Positions 63,830 to 64,000 of a stretch of 64,000 nt of DNA are shown here, one piece after another. The DNA is from Macrostomum hystrix (Eukaryota > Animalia > Platyhelminthes): assembly GCA_950097015.1 (NCBI GenBank), contig CATNEN010000038.1, positions 23,064,001 to 23,128,000 of the forward strand. The letters run 5' to 3'. The position numbers and the translations under genes are program-made. A model generated the notes under the pieces. That model did not search any database. It was not told the DNA's origin and saw only the letters and a program-made list of their open reading frames with translations. Position 1 is the first letter of the stretch, and every line of letters begins with the position of its first letter.

Positions 63830-64000
63830 GCGCCACTAAGGATTAAGAGGGCGCCACCATGGATTTAGAGGGCGCCACCATGGATTTAGAGGGCGCCACC
63901 ATGGATTTAGAGGGCGCCACCATGGATTTAGAGGGCGCCATAGCGGATTTAAAGGACGCCACCAAGGATAATGAGGACGCCACCATGGATAATGAGGACG
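63830..64000. repeat. 21-bp minisatellite (gggcgccaccatggatttaga)n running to the window edge
   Basis: Direct tandem units. Confidence 0.85.

Overview
Eukaryotic (metazoan) genomic DNA with GC-rich exons and AT-rich, minisatellite-filled introns and intergenic regions. The style suggests a free-living flatworm such as Macrostomum, but that is inference only. Seven protein-coding genes can be reconstructed by hand: ZNHIT2 (+), ZIP11/SLC39A11 zinc transporter (+, 3 exons), an Amt ammonium transporter (-, 7 coding exons), SCAPER (+, 10 coding exons), a syntrophin (-, 3 exons), an intronless nucleoplasmin-like histone chaperone (-), and a giant unusual plakin-domain gene (+). The plakin gene's ~11-kb terminal exon encodes TQT-type LC8-like motifs followed by ~63 near-identical 46-aa Cys-containing repeats. 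Mobile DNA comprises two tRNA-derived SINE families, a 5'-truncated RNase H-bearing LINE nested in one SINE, and a short Tc1 (DD34E) derivative with ~150-bp inverted repeats. About 15 distinct minisatellites (16-37 bp units) occupy roughly a third of the window. Two highlights: (1) ZNHIT2 and ZIP11 both lack an ATG and begin in frame right after a splice acceptor, as expected for an operon whose start codons come from a flatworm-type AUG-terminated spliced leader; (2) the plakin/46-aa-repeat giant protein.
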